64,000 bases of DNA, from assembly GCA_963759915.1 (NCBI GenBank), contig CAVXBJ010000037.1, positions 828-64,827 on the forward strand. The letters are read 5' to 3'. A model generated the notes under the pieces. The model saw nothing but the letters and a program-made list of their open reading frames with translations, did not search any database and had not been told where the DNA came from. This stretch comes from an uncultured Actinomycetota bacterium (GTDB taxonomy: Bacteria; Actinomycetota; Actinomycetes; Propionibacteriales; Propionibacteriaceae). The translations under genes were made by a program, and so were the position numbers. This document shows, piece after piece, positions 1-13,402 of this stretch (the stretch's first letter is position 1; each line of letters opens with the position of its first letter).

Positions 1-435
1 TACGCGGACTACCTGCCCAACGACGGCTTCACCGTGTTGAACCAGGTGTCCTCGGTCGGAGCGATCCTGCTCGGCGCCTCGATGCTGCCGTTCCTCTACA
101 ACGTGTGGAAGAGCCGCAACAACCCGAAGGTCACCACCGACGACCCGTGGGGCTGGGGCCGGTCGCTGGAGTGGGCGACCTCCTGCCCGCCCCCGCGGCA
201 CAACTTCACCTCGCTGCCGCGGATCCGCTCGGAGTCGCCGGCCTTCGACCTGCACCACCCCGAAGTGGCGCTCGCGGAGTATCCGGCGAACGACGCCGAC
301 GCAGGCGACTTCGCCGGCGCCGATGCGCCCGATGATGCCGGACGAGTCGAGGAGCTGCAGGCTCGGATGGCCGGCGAGTCCGACGACGTGATCGGCCAGT
401 CCACCGACCAGACCAAGGGAGAGGGCGGCAAGTGA
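1..435 (+). CDS. ctaD: cytochrome c oxidase subunit I, C-terminal part (runs off window start)
   Basis: Frame open from base 1 ([20 protein letters not shown]...[41 protein letters not shown]), the typical actinobacterial CtaD C-terminus; followed by ctaF. Confidence 0.95.
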   Translation, partial: YADYLPNDGFTVLNQVSSVGAILLGASMLPFLYNVWKSRNNPKVTTDDPWGWGRSLEWATSCPPPRHNFTSLPRIRSESPAFDLHHPEVALAEYPANDADAGDFAGADAPDDAGRVEELQARMAGESDDVIGQSTDQTKGEGGK

Positions 436-827
436 AGGTCGAAGCCTGGATCTTCGGAGCGTTGGTGATCTTCCTGGTCATCGTGACGCCCGTCTACTGG
501 TTCATGAGTCACGAGATCACCGGGACGGTCGCCCTCATCCTGACCTTCTTCCTGGTCCTGATGATCTCCGGCTACCTCGCCCTGGTCGCCCGGAGGATCC
601 CGTCCCGTCCCGAGGACCGCAAGGACGGCGACATCGCGGAGGGCGCCGGCGAGCTCGGCTTCTTCCCGCCGCAGAGCAAGTGGCCGCTCTTCTGCGGTCT
701 GACCTTCGGGCTGTTCGTCCTCGGCCCGGTCTTCGGTTGGTGGCTGTCGATCGTGGCCACCGGCATCGCCGTGGCCACCGTGACCGGCTGGATCTACGAG
801 TTCTACCGCGGCGACTACGCGCACTGA
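432..827 (+). CDS. ctaF: cytochrome c oxidase subunit IV (actinobacterial)
   Basis: MKVEAWIF..., [27 protein letters not shown] and YEFYRG motifs; GTGA overlap with ctaD. Confidence 0.95.
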   Translation: MKVEAWIFGALVIFLVIVTPVYWFMSHEITGTVALILTFFLVLMISGYLALVARRIPSRPEDRKDGDIAEGAGELGFFPPQSKWPLFCGLTFGLFVLGPVFGWWLSIVATGIAVATVTGWIYEFYRGDYAH

Positions 828-1080
828 GAGTCGTCACTCGCTACTCACTGCGCGCTGAGGAATCGATCTTCCCTCCTCGCTCGCGACGAAAAGCGTGTCG
901 CTCCTTCGTCGGTCCAGACCGATTCGGCACTTCGTTCGTGGCCGCTCGCGACGGGAGTCGTCACTCGCTACGCAGGCTCCGCTCAGTCTCCGTCTTCCCT
1001 CCTCGCGAGCGAACAAAAAGCGCGTTCGCTCGTTCGTCGGTCCAGACAGAGCCGCTCCGCCGCGTCGTCGCTCGCGACGG
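828..1080. repeat. two tandem ~127-bp copies (A 828-954, B 955-1080) of the dispersed G·A-ladder hairpin repeat
   Basis: GAGTCGTCACTCGCTAC at 828 and 955; TCTTCCCTCCTCGC...AAAAGCG...TTCGTCGGTCCAGAC core in both; both end GCTCGCGACGG. Confidence 0.9.
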
Positions 1081-1151
1081 GAACCGTCTCGCTGACGCTC
1101 GCCGGGAATCGATTCGCTGACTCACACCGTCGCCCACCACACTCCTGACTC

Positions 1152-1185
1152 CAACTCCGCGGGTGATGCATCTCCCGCGGAGTTG
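1152..1185. repeat. 34-bp near-perfect palindrome (REP-like or bidirectional terminator) between convergent genes
   Basis: CAACTCCGCGGG-TGATGCATCT-CCCGCGGAGTTG. Confidence 0.7.
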
Positions 1186-1248
1186 TCAAGGGTGGTGACT
1201 TGACCGGTGCCCTTGGGAAGGTGGCACGCGCAGTCGGAGGCGACCAAC

Positions 1249-2415
1249 TCACCCGAGGATGCGGGCGTGGATGTTCCCCGGGAAGCGAACCGCGAAGCGG
1301 GTGTCGCCGACCATCGTCTTGATCTCGGCCACTCGGGCGTCGACCTCGCGACGGCGTACGGCGGCGACCTGCTCGAAGTAGTGCAGGTGGATCGCGCCCT
1401 GCTTGTCCTGGGCCCAGGCGCCGACGATGCGGCCGTCGACCCAGATCGTGGGACCGCCGTTGCCGACCGAGTCGAACGCCTCGTGGGCGGCCTCGGGGAG
1501 ATACCAGGACCGCTGCTTCCAGCCCATGGTGGCCGGATCGAGCGCCGGCAGCACAGCCACCCACGGCTCGGGTTCGTCGACCGGCTCGTCGTCGGCGGCC
1601 AGCCAGCCAGGACCGCCGGCCAGCGGGACGGCTACCGCGCCGCAGCCCTCGAGCGCCCGGCGGGTCAGGCCGAGGGTCCAGCCCATCCACCACTGCAGAT
1701 CGGTGGTGGTGGCCGGACCGAAGCGCCGCAGCCAGCGGCGCGCCAGCTCGGTCGCGGCGGTCACCTCGTCGAGCTCGCCCAAACCACCGGGAAGCCACTC
1801 CTCGGTGGCCGCGTACGCGTACGCCCCGGTGATCCAGCTGCTCGGCCGGGTCCGGAGCAGGTCGCCCTGGAAGCCGAGCAGCGTGACCAGCTGGCTGTGT
1901 GCCCCCTGCGTGGCCGCGTACGGCTTCCCGGGTGAGAGCTGCAACGGCACTCGGAGGCCGCTGACCTGCCGCCCGAGCTCCCGCGCCGTGGTGGGGCCGT
2001 GGGTGCGGAGGTGGGCCAGCACCTGGCTCCGTGCGTCCTCGATCCAGTCGTCGGGCTCGGGCACCCCGGCGGCGGTCAGCATCTTCGCCAGCTGACGCCG
2101 GGCGGGTCCGACCAGCTTTCGGGTGGCGGCGGCGTGCATCAGCCGCACGGTGTCCGGCGGGGCCAGCCACAGCGTCCGCCGCATCGCGTGGTGCCGGATC
2201 AGCGCCCGCTGCTCGTAGACGACCTCCTCGACGGCGGCGATCGAGGGGTGCACCATCCGGACCATCGCCGACAGCATCACCGTGACCGGATCGGTCGAGT
2301 GAAGGGCCACCACGTCGTCGGCGATCCGCACCACGTCATCGGTGCGCAGCCGCGGCAGCAGGCGATGCCGCTGCGCGAGTCGCGCCCGCCGGTCCTCGTC
2401 GGTGATGACGTCCAT
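1249..2415 (-). CDS. HTH_42 / AlkZ-like DNA glycosylase family (winged-helix) protein
   Basis: RLAQRHRL N-terminus, ALHSTD motif, AMRRTL, RWLRRFGPATTTDLQWW, LPALDPATMG, GPTIWVDGRIVGAW. Confidence 0.85.
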   Translation of the reverse strand: MDVITDEDRRARLAQRHRLLPRLRTDDVVRIADDVVALHSTDPVTVMLSAMVRMVHPSIAAVEEVVYEQRALIRHHAMRRTLWLAPPDTVRLMHAAATRKLVGPARRQLAKMLTAAGVPEPDDWIEDARSQVLAHLRTHGPTTARELGRQVSGLRVPLQLSPGKPYAATQGAHSQLVTLLGFQGDLLRTRPSSWITGAYAYAATEEWLPGGLGELDEVTAATELARRWLRRFGPATTTDLQWWMGWTLGLTRRALEGCGAVAVPLAGGPGWLAADDEPVDEPEPWVAVLPALDPATMGWKQRSWYLPEAAHEAFDSVGNGGPTIWVDGRIVGAWAQDKQGAIHLHYFEQVAAVRRREVDARVAEIKTMVGDTRFAVRFPGNIHARILG

Positions 2416-2421
2416 GGCGGG

Positions 2422-2443
2422 AGTCTCGCAGGCGTGACCGACA
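2422..2443 (-). promoter_or_regulatory. PafBC / RecA-NDp-type DNA-damage promoter, leaderless, for the AlkZ-like gene
   Basis: Minus strand TGTCGG-tcacgcctgc(10 nt)-GAGACT-6 nt-ATG; consensus is TGTCGG-N10-TA-N3-T. Confidence 0.7.
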
Positions 2444-2462
2444 GCGGATTAGGCTCGACGGC

Positions 2463-2735
2463 ATGTGCCGGAACATCCGTCAGCTCCACAACTTCGAACC
2501 GCCGGCGACGAGCCGGGAGGTCCACGAGGCCGCCCTGCAGTACGTCCGCAAGATCGCCGGGACCACCAAGCCGTCCAAGGCGAACGAGGAGGCCTTCAAC
2601 GCCGCGGTGCACGAGGTCGCGCACGCCACCCAGCACCTGCTGGAGCACCTCAGCACCACCGCGCCGCCGAAGAACCGGGAAGAGGAGGCGCTCAAGGCTC
2701 GGGCCCGCGCGGCCAAGCGGTACGCGACCGCCTGA
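2463..2735 (+). CDS. DUF2277 family protein
   Basis: MCRNIRQLHNFEPPAT..E..AALQYVRKIAG..KPS.ANEEAF signature; TAGGCT -10 element 7 nt upstream (leaderless). Confidence 0.9.
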   Translation: MCRNIRQLHNFEPPATSREVHEAALQYVRKIAGTTKPSKANEEAFNAAVHEVAHATQHLLEHLSTTAPPKNREEEALKARARAAKRYATA

Positions 2736-2738
2736 GCG

Positions 2739-4115
2739 TCAGCGTTCCCGGGCCCGCCGCTCGCCGACGAGCGCGGTGCCGATCCGGCGGGCGGACGAGC
2801 GATCGCCACTCCCGTTTCGCGCCGGTCGGCCCGCCGCGGCGTTCGCCGAGTCGGCGCTGCCGGAGGTTGCTGAGTGGGCGCCGCTCGCGGCGTCGGCGGT
2901 GGTGACCGAGTCACCCTGCGGGGGCACGAGGGTCACGTCGGGTCGGGGCCCGTCCTCCTCCCTGGAACCGCCGAGCAGCGGAGCGGTTCCGGCCACGGCG
3001 ATCCGGGAGAACAGGCCGCCGGAGAACCCGAGCAGCACGGCCACGGCGAGGGCCGTGAGAGAGGCACCGTCATCGGCCCAGACTCCGGCGAAGGCGTCGC
3101 CCAGCAGGGCGATCTGGTCCTGGGCGAGGAATCCCACGATCATGATCCCGCCGATGGCGTTCAGGGCGCCTGCGACGGGGCTCAGCACGACCATGCCGAG
3201 CGACAGCGTGCGGTTCGTGAACAGGGCGGACAGCGACCCGAGCAGCCCGCCCAGCGCCCCGGCGACGAAGATCGGCTCCCGGCCCGGGAAGGTCACGCTG
3301 AGGGCGTAGATCGCCGCCAGACCGACCAGGGTGAGCCAGACGGCCACCCGGATGTGGTTGACCTCGCGTTCCTGCGGGGCGTCGCGCTGACGTTGCAGCA
3401 GGATCAGCGCCGACCCGGCGGCGTTCCGGATCGGTCCGTCCGGATCGGTCGCCGGCCCCTCCGCTGCCGGCGCGTCGGCCGCCGGTGGGGCCGAGATCGC
3501 GGCGGCGATCCTGCCCGCGGCCGCGGCGCTGTCCGCACCCGGGGGGAGCAGTGCGGCGATCTGGCTGGCCGCCAGCCGCAGCGGTGCCCCGGACAGGGTC
3601 GACAGCATCTGCTTCTCCAGACCGTTGAGCGTCCGGTTGGCCCCGAGCACGTCGGCCAACGGGACCAGGACCACGAACCGTCCGATGCACCGGGCCCCGA
3701 AGCGCTCGGCCTGGGTGATCTTGGTCTCCAGCCGCTGGCCGCCGGAGGCGTCGAAGCAACCGGTGTCGATGATGCCGCGCAGCTCGCCGGCCCGGGCCTG
3801 GAGCTGACGGTAGATGGGCATGCCGATGAGTCCCCGGCTGCTCGCCATCACGATGCCGAAGTACGCGGCGCAGGCGACCAGCACCTGCGGGGAGGCGGCG
3901 CTGTCGATGAACAGCGCGAGGTCGGTCCAGGCGCCGCTGGTCCAGGGGACGAACGGCGGCAGCTCGGAGGCGGCCCAGGCGAGCAGCAGGGAGCCGATCC
4001 CGAGCGCGCACCGGCCGCGGGTCCGGCTCGACGGGTGCCGGTGCGCGGACACCACGACGACGATCGTGACACTGACGGCGGCGAGTGCCAGGAGCCAGCG
4101 GACGTTGTCACCCAT
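2739..4115 (-). CDS. hypothetical multi-pass membrane protein
   Basis: 458-aa ORF with GGAGG RBS; ~3 N-terminal and ~4 C-terminal hydrophobic helices (GALGGLLGSL, PVAGALNA, AVLLGFS). Confidence 0.7.
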   Translation of the reverse strand: MGDNVRWLLALAAVSVTIVVVVSAHRHPSSRTRGRCALGIGSLLLAWAASELPPFVPWTSGAWTDLALFIDSAASPQVLVACAAYFGIVMASSRGLIGMPIYRQLQARAGELRGIIDTGCFDASGGQRLETKITQAERFGARCIGRFVVLVPLADVLGANRTLNGLEKQMLSTLSGAPLRLAASQIAALLPPGADSAAAAGRIAAAISAPPAADAPAAEGPATDPDGPIRNAAGSALILLQRQRDAPQEREVNHIRVAVWLTLVGLAAIYALSVTFPGREPIFVAGALGGLLGSLSALFTNRTLSLGMVVLSPVAGALNAIGGIMIVGFLAQDQIALLGDAFAGVWADDGASLTALAVAVLLGFSGGLFSRIAVAGTAPLLGGSREEDGPRPDVTLVPPQGDSVTTADAASGAHSATSGSADSANAAAGRPARNGSGDRSSARRIGTALVGERRARER

Positions 4116-4187
4116 GAGGACCTCCAGTGCTTCCCTGGAGGAGCGGTGGGCGTTGCTCGCTGATACCCGGGTCCCGCCCGGGGGTCA

Positions 4188-6814
<2,627 letters not shown>

Positions 6815-6817
6815 CGG

Positions 6818-7074
6818 GCCACCGATCGGCTGCGGTCGCTCGCGCCCACCGGGTCGACGGTCCGGGTGGCCCCCGACGAGGACAGCCGGGACGACTACCG
6901 GCGACGCCTGTCCACGTCTGGACCGAGCAGGGCGTGCTGATCGATCACGACCTGGTGGCCCGGGGCCACGAGCGTGCGCTCCGGGTCTGGCCGAACGTCA
7001 CCTACTGGCCGGTGATGGAGAAGGCCCAGACCCCGGCCCAGCAGAAGAAGGTGGCTCTGCGGAAGGCCTGCTGA
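6818..7074 (+). pseudogene. 5'-truncated, frameshifted thermonuclease (SNase-like) remnant
   Basis: Manual translation ATDRLRSLAPTGSTVRVAPDEDSRDDYRRRL / HVWTEQGVLIDHDLVARGHERALRVWPNVTYWPVMEKAQTPAQQKKVALRKAC* matches the C-terminal half of SNase-fold proteins (D.YGR.L, N..LV..G.A, PN..Y, A...K.GLW..C). Confidence 0.6.
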
Positions 7075-7086
7075 CCGCGGCCCGGC

Positions 7087-7650
7087 TCAACCGCCGGCCA
7101 CGTCGAGATAGTCGTCGATCGCGGCCTCGCTCAGCCCGTGGCACTCCCGGAGCCCGCGCCGGATGGTGGCGACGTAGCTCGGGGCCGGGGCGTTCGGCCG
7201 CAGCCCGTGGCCTTCCGGGGCGGTGAACGTCACCACCGGCAGGGCGTCGAGCTCGCCGACCAGGTGCAGGGTCTCGTAGCGACCGGGCCCGTACGAGTGC
7301 CGTCGTTGCGCCAGCACCTCGGTCAGGTCGAGCTCGACCCCAGGGTCGCGACGCATCTCCTGGGCCGCGAGGTCGGAGAACTGCTCGGTGGTGATGCGGT
7401 AGGCACGGGCGTAGACCGTGCCGCGGGCGTCCGCGTCGTAGAACGCGATCCCGCCGCCCCAGGTGGGGGAGTCGCCGGCGAGGAAGAGGCGGCCGGGCAC
7501 CAGCAGCGGCCGGTCGTCGCGGGGTGGGCGGCGATCCCGGGCCCCGGGGTAGTGCCGCGTGGCACCGGGCGGCCGGCCGCCGAACAGGTACGCCTCGAAC
7601 CGGTCCCGCGCCAGGTTGGACCCGTACGCGGCGTACCAGAGGTCAGGCAC
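7087..7650 (-). CDS. gamma-glutamylcyclotransferase-like protein (often auto-annotated 'histone deacetylase')
   Basis: WYAAYGSNL N-terminal motif, WGGGIAF, AQE, APAPSYVATIRRGL. Confidence 0.7.
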   Translation of the reverse strand: MPDLWYAAYGSNLARDRFEAYLFGGRPPGATRHYPGARDRRPPRDDRPLLVPGRLFLAGDSPTWGGGIAFYDADARGTVYARAYRITTEQFSDLAAQEMRRDPGVELDLTEVLAQRRHSYGPGRYETLHLVGELDALPVVTFTAPEGHGLRPNAPAPSYVATIRRGLRECHGLSEAAIDDYLDVAGG

Positions 7651-8854
7651 GACTCCGCCGCCGCTCGGCCGGAGCCAGCAACCCGGCGCAACCGATCGCC
7701 AGCAGACCGAGGACCGCCGGTACGGCGAAGGCCCAGCGCAGTCCGACCTGGTCGGCCACGATCCCCACCAAGGGCGGCGTGAGCAGGAAGCCGACCCGCA
7801 TCATCCACCCCGAGACCGCCAGACCGAAGCCCCGCGGCAGCCCCGGCAGCTCGTCGGCGGCGTGCATGGCCAGCGGGATCAAGACCGCGATCCCCAGCCC
7901 CACGATGCCGAACCCCACCACGGCCGCGACCACGCTCGGCACGGCCAGCACCACCGCGAACCCGAGCACGGTCAAGATCCCACCGACCCGGCTGACCTCG
8001 CGCGGGCCGAACCGGGTGACGAGCGGATCCCCGGCGAACCTGCCGATGATCATGGTGCTCTGCATGGCGACGAACACCGCCCCGCCGACCGCGGCCGTGG
8101 TGTCGAGCGTGCCGGTCAGGTAGAGCGCGCCCCAGGTGTTGCCGGCGTCCTCGCCGGCGGCGCCGGCCAGACCGACCAGGCAGACCAGCAACAACCGGAC
8201 GATGACGCCCGCCGGCACGCGCGGTGCGCGACCGCCGCGGTCTCGCGGGCCGGTCTCGCCGTCCTGCTCGGGCGGCTCGGCGCCGGGCACGGGCTCATGC
8301 CCCGGCATCAGGAACCGGCTGGCCACCACGAGGACCAGGGCGAACAGCACCCCGGTGACCAGCAGGTGCCAGCGGACCGGGACACCCAGGCCGGCGAACG
8401 CCGAACCGATCAGACCGCCGATGACGGCGCCGACGCTCCACAACCCGTGCAACCCGGTGATGATCGAGGTGCCGATCCGGCGCTGCACCCACAGTCCCTG
8501 CGCGTTGTTGGCGATGTCGATGAGGGCGTCGACCAGCCCGACGCACAAGAACACGGCCGCGAGAGCGAACCAGCTGGACGCCCACCCGACGCCGGCGATG
8601 AGCGCGGACATGGCCAGTGACGCCCCGACGATCACCCGTTTCGACGTCCACCGGGTGACGGCGACACCCGCCAGCAGCCCGGAGAGCAGGGCGCCGAGCG
8701 GCCACGTCGCCACCGCGGCACCGAAGGCGGCGTTGTCCAGACCGAGATCCGCGACGATCTCGGGGTAGCGGGGGACCAGGTTGGCGAAGGTCATCCCATT
8801 GACCGCAAATGTTGCGCCGACCGCGTAGCGAGCACGGCGTACGGGATCGACCAT
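7643..8854 (-). CDS. MFS transporter
   Basis: ~12 hydrophobic helices; FAVNG..FANLVPRYP, DIANNAQG, LHGLWSVG, GRFAGD motifs; start at ATG 8854. Confidence 0.9.
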   Translation of the reverse strand: MVDPVRRARYAVGATFAVNGMTFANLVPRYPEIVADLGLDNAAFGAAVATWPLGALLSGLLAGVAVTRWTSKRVIVGASLAMSALIAGVGWASSWFALAAVFLCVGLVDALIDIANNAQGLWVQRRIGTSIITGLHGLWSVGAVIGGLIGSAFAGLGVPVRWHLLVTGVLFALVLVVASRFLMPGHEPVPGAEPPEQDGETGPRDRGGRAPRVPAGVIVRLLLVCLVGLAGAAGEDAGNTWGALYLTGTLDTTAAVGGAVFVAMQSTMIIGRFAGDPLVTRFGPREVSRVGGILTVLGFAVVLAVPSVVAAVVGFGIVGLGIAVLIPLAMHAADELPGLPRGFGLAVSGWMMRVGFLLTPPLVGIVADQVGLRWAFAVPAVLGLLAIGCAGLLAPAERRRSRA

Positions 8855-8917
8855 GCCCGTTATCCTCCCAGCGACCGTGGCGTCAACGGCCCGCGCTCGG
8901 AGCGTGGCCACGCAGAA

Positions 8918-8947
8918 TAGAACCTGTGTTCCCATCGGGTCTATCCT
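8918..8947 (+). promoter_or_regulatory. LexA (SOS) box plus -10 element of a leaderless promoter
   Basis: taGAAC-ctgt-GTTCcc (GAAC 8920-8923, GTTC 8928-8931); TATCCT at 8942-8947, 6 nt before GTG 8954. Confidence 0.65.
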
Positions 8948-8953
8948 GACGTC

Positions 8954-9193
8954 GTGGATCTCCAGCCGAGCGCGCCGACCGGGTGGCACGTCTGGGTGAC
9001 CGGGAACGGGGGGTACGTCGCGCCCACCCCCGGGGTGGTCGTGCAGTGGCAGTACCTGCCGGTGCACAACGCGACCGCGAGCGGCTGGGCGGCGCTGGTG
9101 GTGCACGTCCCGTTCGAGGGAGCCGTGGCGATGGAGTGGGTGCCGGCCGAGCGCGTCGAGCCGATCGTCGACCCGGCGCCGCAGGAGCGCTGA
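8954..9193 (+). CDS. small hypothetical protein (HVWV...PG.VV.W...GW.A.V...WV.A family)
   Basis: 79-aa ORF; clearly paralogous to the next ORF. Confidence 0.7.
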   Translation: MDLQPSAPTGWHVWVTGNGGYVAPTPGVVVQWQYLPVHNATASGWAALVVHVPFEGAVAMEWVPAERVEPIVDPAPQER

Positions 9194-9196
9194 GCG

Positions 9197-9493
9197 GTGG
9201 CAGCGGGTCGCCGGCACGTCTGGGTGGCCGTGGCGGGCGGCAACCGGCTGCCGGGTCTGGTGGTCGCCTGGCGCCGGGACGGTGACGGCTGGCAGGCGCA
9301 GGTCGCCCTGGTCCGCGACGACGCCGTGCTCCTGCGCTGGGTGTCGGCCGCCGACCTCCGCCCGGTGGTCGACGACCGCTGGGGGCTGCCCGCCGCGGCC
9401 TCGGTCGGGGCCCGGGAGCAGCGCGCTCCCGGCTGTCCCGTGATCCCGCCGGCGCGTGGGGGCCGCAACGCCGACGAAACAATCGGCGGCTAG
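9197..9493 (+). CDS. small hypothetical protein, paralog of the preceding gene
   Basis: RHVWV...PGLVVAW...GWQAQV...[13 protein letters not shown]; starts 3 nt after the previous stop; the C-terminal extension may be spurious. Confidence 0.7.
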   Translation: MAAGRRHVWVAVAGGNRLPGLVVAWRRDGDGWQAQVALVRDDAVLLRWVSAADLRPVVDDRWGLPAAASVGAREQRAPGCPVIPPARGGRNADETIGG

Positions 9494-9496
9494 CGT
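9465..9496 (+). promoter_or_regulatory. GlnR-box-like site and -10 element of the urease promoter
   Basis: GCAAC-N6-GAAAC at 9465-9480 (GlnR consensus gTnAc-N6-GaAAc); TAGCGT at 9491-9496. Confidence 0.55.
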
Positions 9497-9552
9497 GGCG
9501 TCTGCTGCGGGGCGCTGTCGCGCGCCCTCCCGTTCGTCGAAGGAGACCGTGC

Positions 9553-9855
9553 ATGAACCTGGCTCCGTCGGACACCGAGAAGCTGCTGATGGCCGTGGCG
9601 GGGATGATCGCCCGCGACCGGTTGGAACGCGGCGTCAAGCTCAACTACCCGGAGTCGGTGGCGCTGCTCAGCACCTGGGTGATCGAGCGCGCCCGCGAGG
9701 GGGTCGGCGTCGAGGAGCTGATGACCACCGGCCGCGAGGTGCTGACCCGGGCCCAGGTGATGGACGGGGTCGCGGAGATGATCACCGACGTCCAGGTCGA
9801 GGCCACCTTCCCGGACGGGCGCAAGCTCGTCACGCTGCACGAGCCGATCCAGTGA
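9553..9855 (+). CDS. ureA: urease gamma subunit
   Basis: [32 protein letters not shown]. Confidence 0.97.
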   Translation: MNLAPSDTEKLLMAVAGMIARDRLERGVKLNYPESVALLSTWVIERAREGVGVEELMTTGREVLTRAQVMDGVAEMITDVQVEATFPDGRKLVTLHEPIQ

Positions 9856-9868
9856 GGGGACGAACCTG

Positions 9869-10203
9869 ATGAGCGGGACGACCAGCAGCGGACCGGGTGC
9901 GATCAGGGTGGCTCCGGGGGAGCTGGAGCTGAACGCCGATCGCGGACCGTCCGAACGCGGCACCCTGACCTTCACCAACGTCGCCGACCGACCGATCCAG
10001 ATCGGCTCCCACATCCACCTGCCCGACGTGAACGCCGGTCTCGAGTTCGACCGAGCTGCCGCGCAGGGCTTCCGGCTGGACATCGCGTCCGGGACGTCGG
10101 TCCGGTTCGAGCCGGGCGTCTCCCGCACGGTCGGGATCGTCGCGCTGCGGGGTCGGCGGCAGGTGCCCGGGATCCAGCTCCGTACGACTGCGGGCGGTGC
10201 GGC

Positions 10204-10207
<4 letters not shown>
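9869..10207 (+). CDS. ureB: urease beta subunit
   Basis: [28 protein letters not shown]. Confidence 0.97.
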
Positions 10208-11907
<1,700 letters not shown>

Positions 11908-11923
11908 GCGTGATGGTCCCGCG

Positions 11924-12635
11924 ATGTCGGTCCCCGTGGTCGCCGTGACCACCGGCGCCGACCACGCGGCGTACCTGAGTCTGCTGCTGGCCGACGGCCG
12001 GCTGCCGACCGGCGCCCACACGCAGTCGGCCGGGCTGGAGCCCGCCCTGAACCACGGGCTGCGGCTGGATCAGGTCCCGGACTACCTGCGGGCGCGCCTG
12101 ACACGGTGACCGAGGTGGAGGCGGCGGCGGCGGTCGTCGCCCGCGGGTGCTGGCGGGCCGAGCCGGACGTCGCGACGCTGCGGGACGTGGACCGGGCCTG
12201 GCGGGTCCGGACGGCGTCGGCCGCCCTGCGGGACGCCTCGGACCTGCTGGGCCGCAGCTACCTGCGGCTGGCCGCGACCGTGTGGCCGCGGCTGGCGCCG
12301 CTGGCCGTGGAGCGCGGGTCGAGCGCGGCGAGATGGTGCCGGTCGGTGGTGATCGGGGCGACGGCGGCCGAAGCCGGCCTGGACGGGCGCAGACCGCCCG
12401 GCTGATCGGCTTCGAGGAGGTTCAGACGGTGATCGCCGCCGCGGTCAAGCTGCAGCCGTTCGACCCGGTGGTCGCCGTCAGCTGGGCGGTCGCGGCGGGC
12501 CGGGACGTCGAGGCCATGGTGGCCCGGGTCCGCGGTCTGGGCACCCTGGACGAGATCCCCGCGTACGCGGCACCGCAGATCGAGCACTGGGCCGAGCTGC
12601 ACACCCGAACCGAGAGGCGGCTGTTCCGTGCCTGA
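11924..12635 (+). CDS. ureF: urease accessory protein UreF (about two frameshifts)
   Basis: [21 protein letters not shown]-terminus and [12 protein letters not shown]-terminus lie in different frames. Confidence 0.85.
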
Positions 12636-13386
12636 GCACTCCCACCCCGATGTCCGGCGCTCCCTGCGGTTGGGGGTGGCCGGCCCGGTCGGCACCGGCA
12701 AGAGCTCGTTGATCGCGCTGCTCTGCCGAGAGCTCGGCACCGAGCTCAGTCTCGGCGTGATCACCAACGACATCTACACCGACGAGGACGCGCGCTTCCT
12801 GCGCTCCGCGGGGGTGCTGGCGCCGGAGCGGATCCGGGCGGTGGAGACCGGAGCGTGCCCGCACACCGCGATCCGGGACGACGTGAGCCAGAACCTGCTG
12901 GCCGTGGAGGACCTGGAGCACGACTTCGCCCCGGTGGACGTGGTGCTGGTGGAGTCGGGCGGGGACAACCTGACGGCCACCTTCTCGCCGGCGCTGGTCG
13001 ACGCGCAGTTCTTCGTGCTCGACGTGGCCGGCGGGGGAGACGTGGCCCGCAAGGGCGGGCCCGGCATCGCCGGCGCCGACGTGCTGATCGTCAACAAGAC
13101 CGACCTCGCGCCGTACGTGGGGGTCGACGTCGAGCAGATGGTGCTGGACGCCTCGGCGGCCCGGGGCGGCCGTACGGTGATCGCCCTGTCGCGGACCGAC
13201 CCGTCGTCGATCGCGCGGCTGCGCGGGTGGGTGCTGGACACGCTGGCCGAGTTCCGGGCCGGAACGCTGCGGCCGCGCGATCCCGGCCCGATGGCCCCGC
13301 ACGCGCACGCGGACGGAGCCGTGCACGCGCATGCGGCGAACGGAGAGCACACGCACGGGGACGGGGCTCGCGATCACGTCCACTGA
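12628..13386 (+). CDS. ureG: urease accessory GTPase UreG with His-rich C-terminal tail
   Basis: [41 protein letters not shown]. Confidence 0.96.
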   Translation: MPEHSHPDVRRSLRLGVAGPVGTGKSSLIALLCRELGTELSLGVITNDIYTDEDARFLRSAGVLAPERIRAVETGACPHTAIRDDVSQNLLAVEDLEHDFAPVDVVLVESGGDNLTATFSPALVDAQFFVLDVAGGGDVARKGGPGIAGADVLIVNKTDLAPYVGVDVEQMVLDASAARGGRTVIALSRTDPSSIARLRGWVLDTLAEFRAGTLRPRDPGPMAPHAHADGAVHAHAANGEHTHGDGARDHVH

Positions 13387-13402
13387 GCAACGCGTACGCA
13401 CC

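Noticed and set aside
828-1080. Possible CRISPR array or tRNA
   Set aside because: Only two ~127-bp units with similarity throughout; no cloverleaf or T-loop consensus
7087-7650. Histone deacetylase
   Set aside because: No HDAC zinc-binding motifs; the YGSN motif indicates a GGCT-like fold
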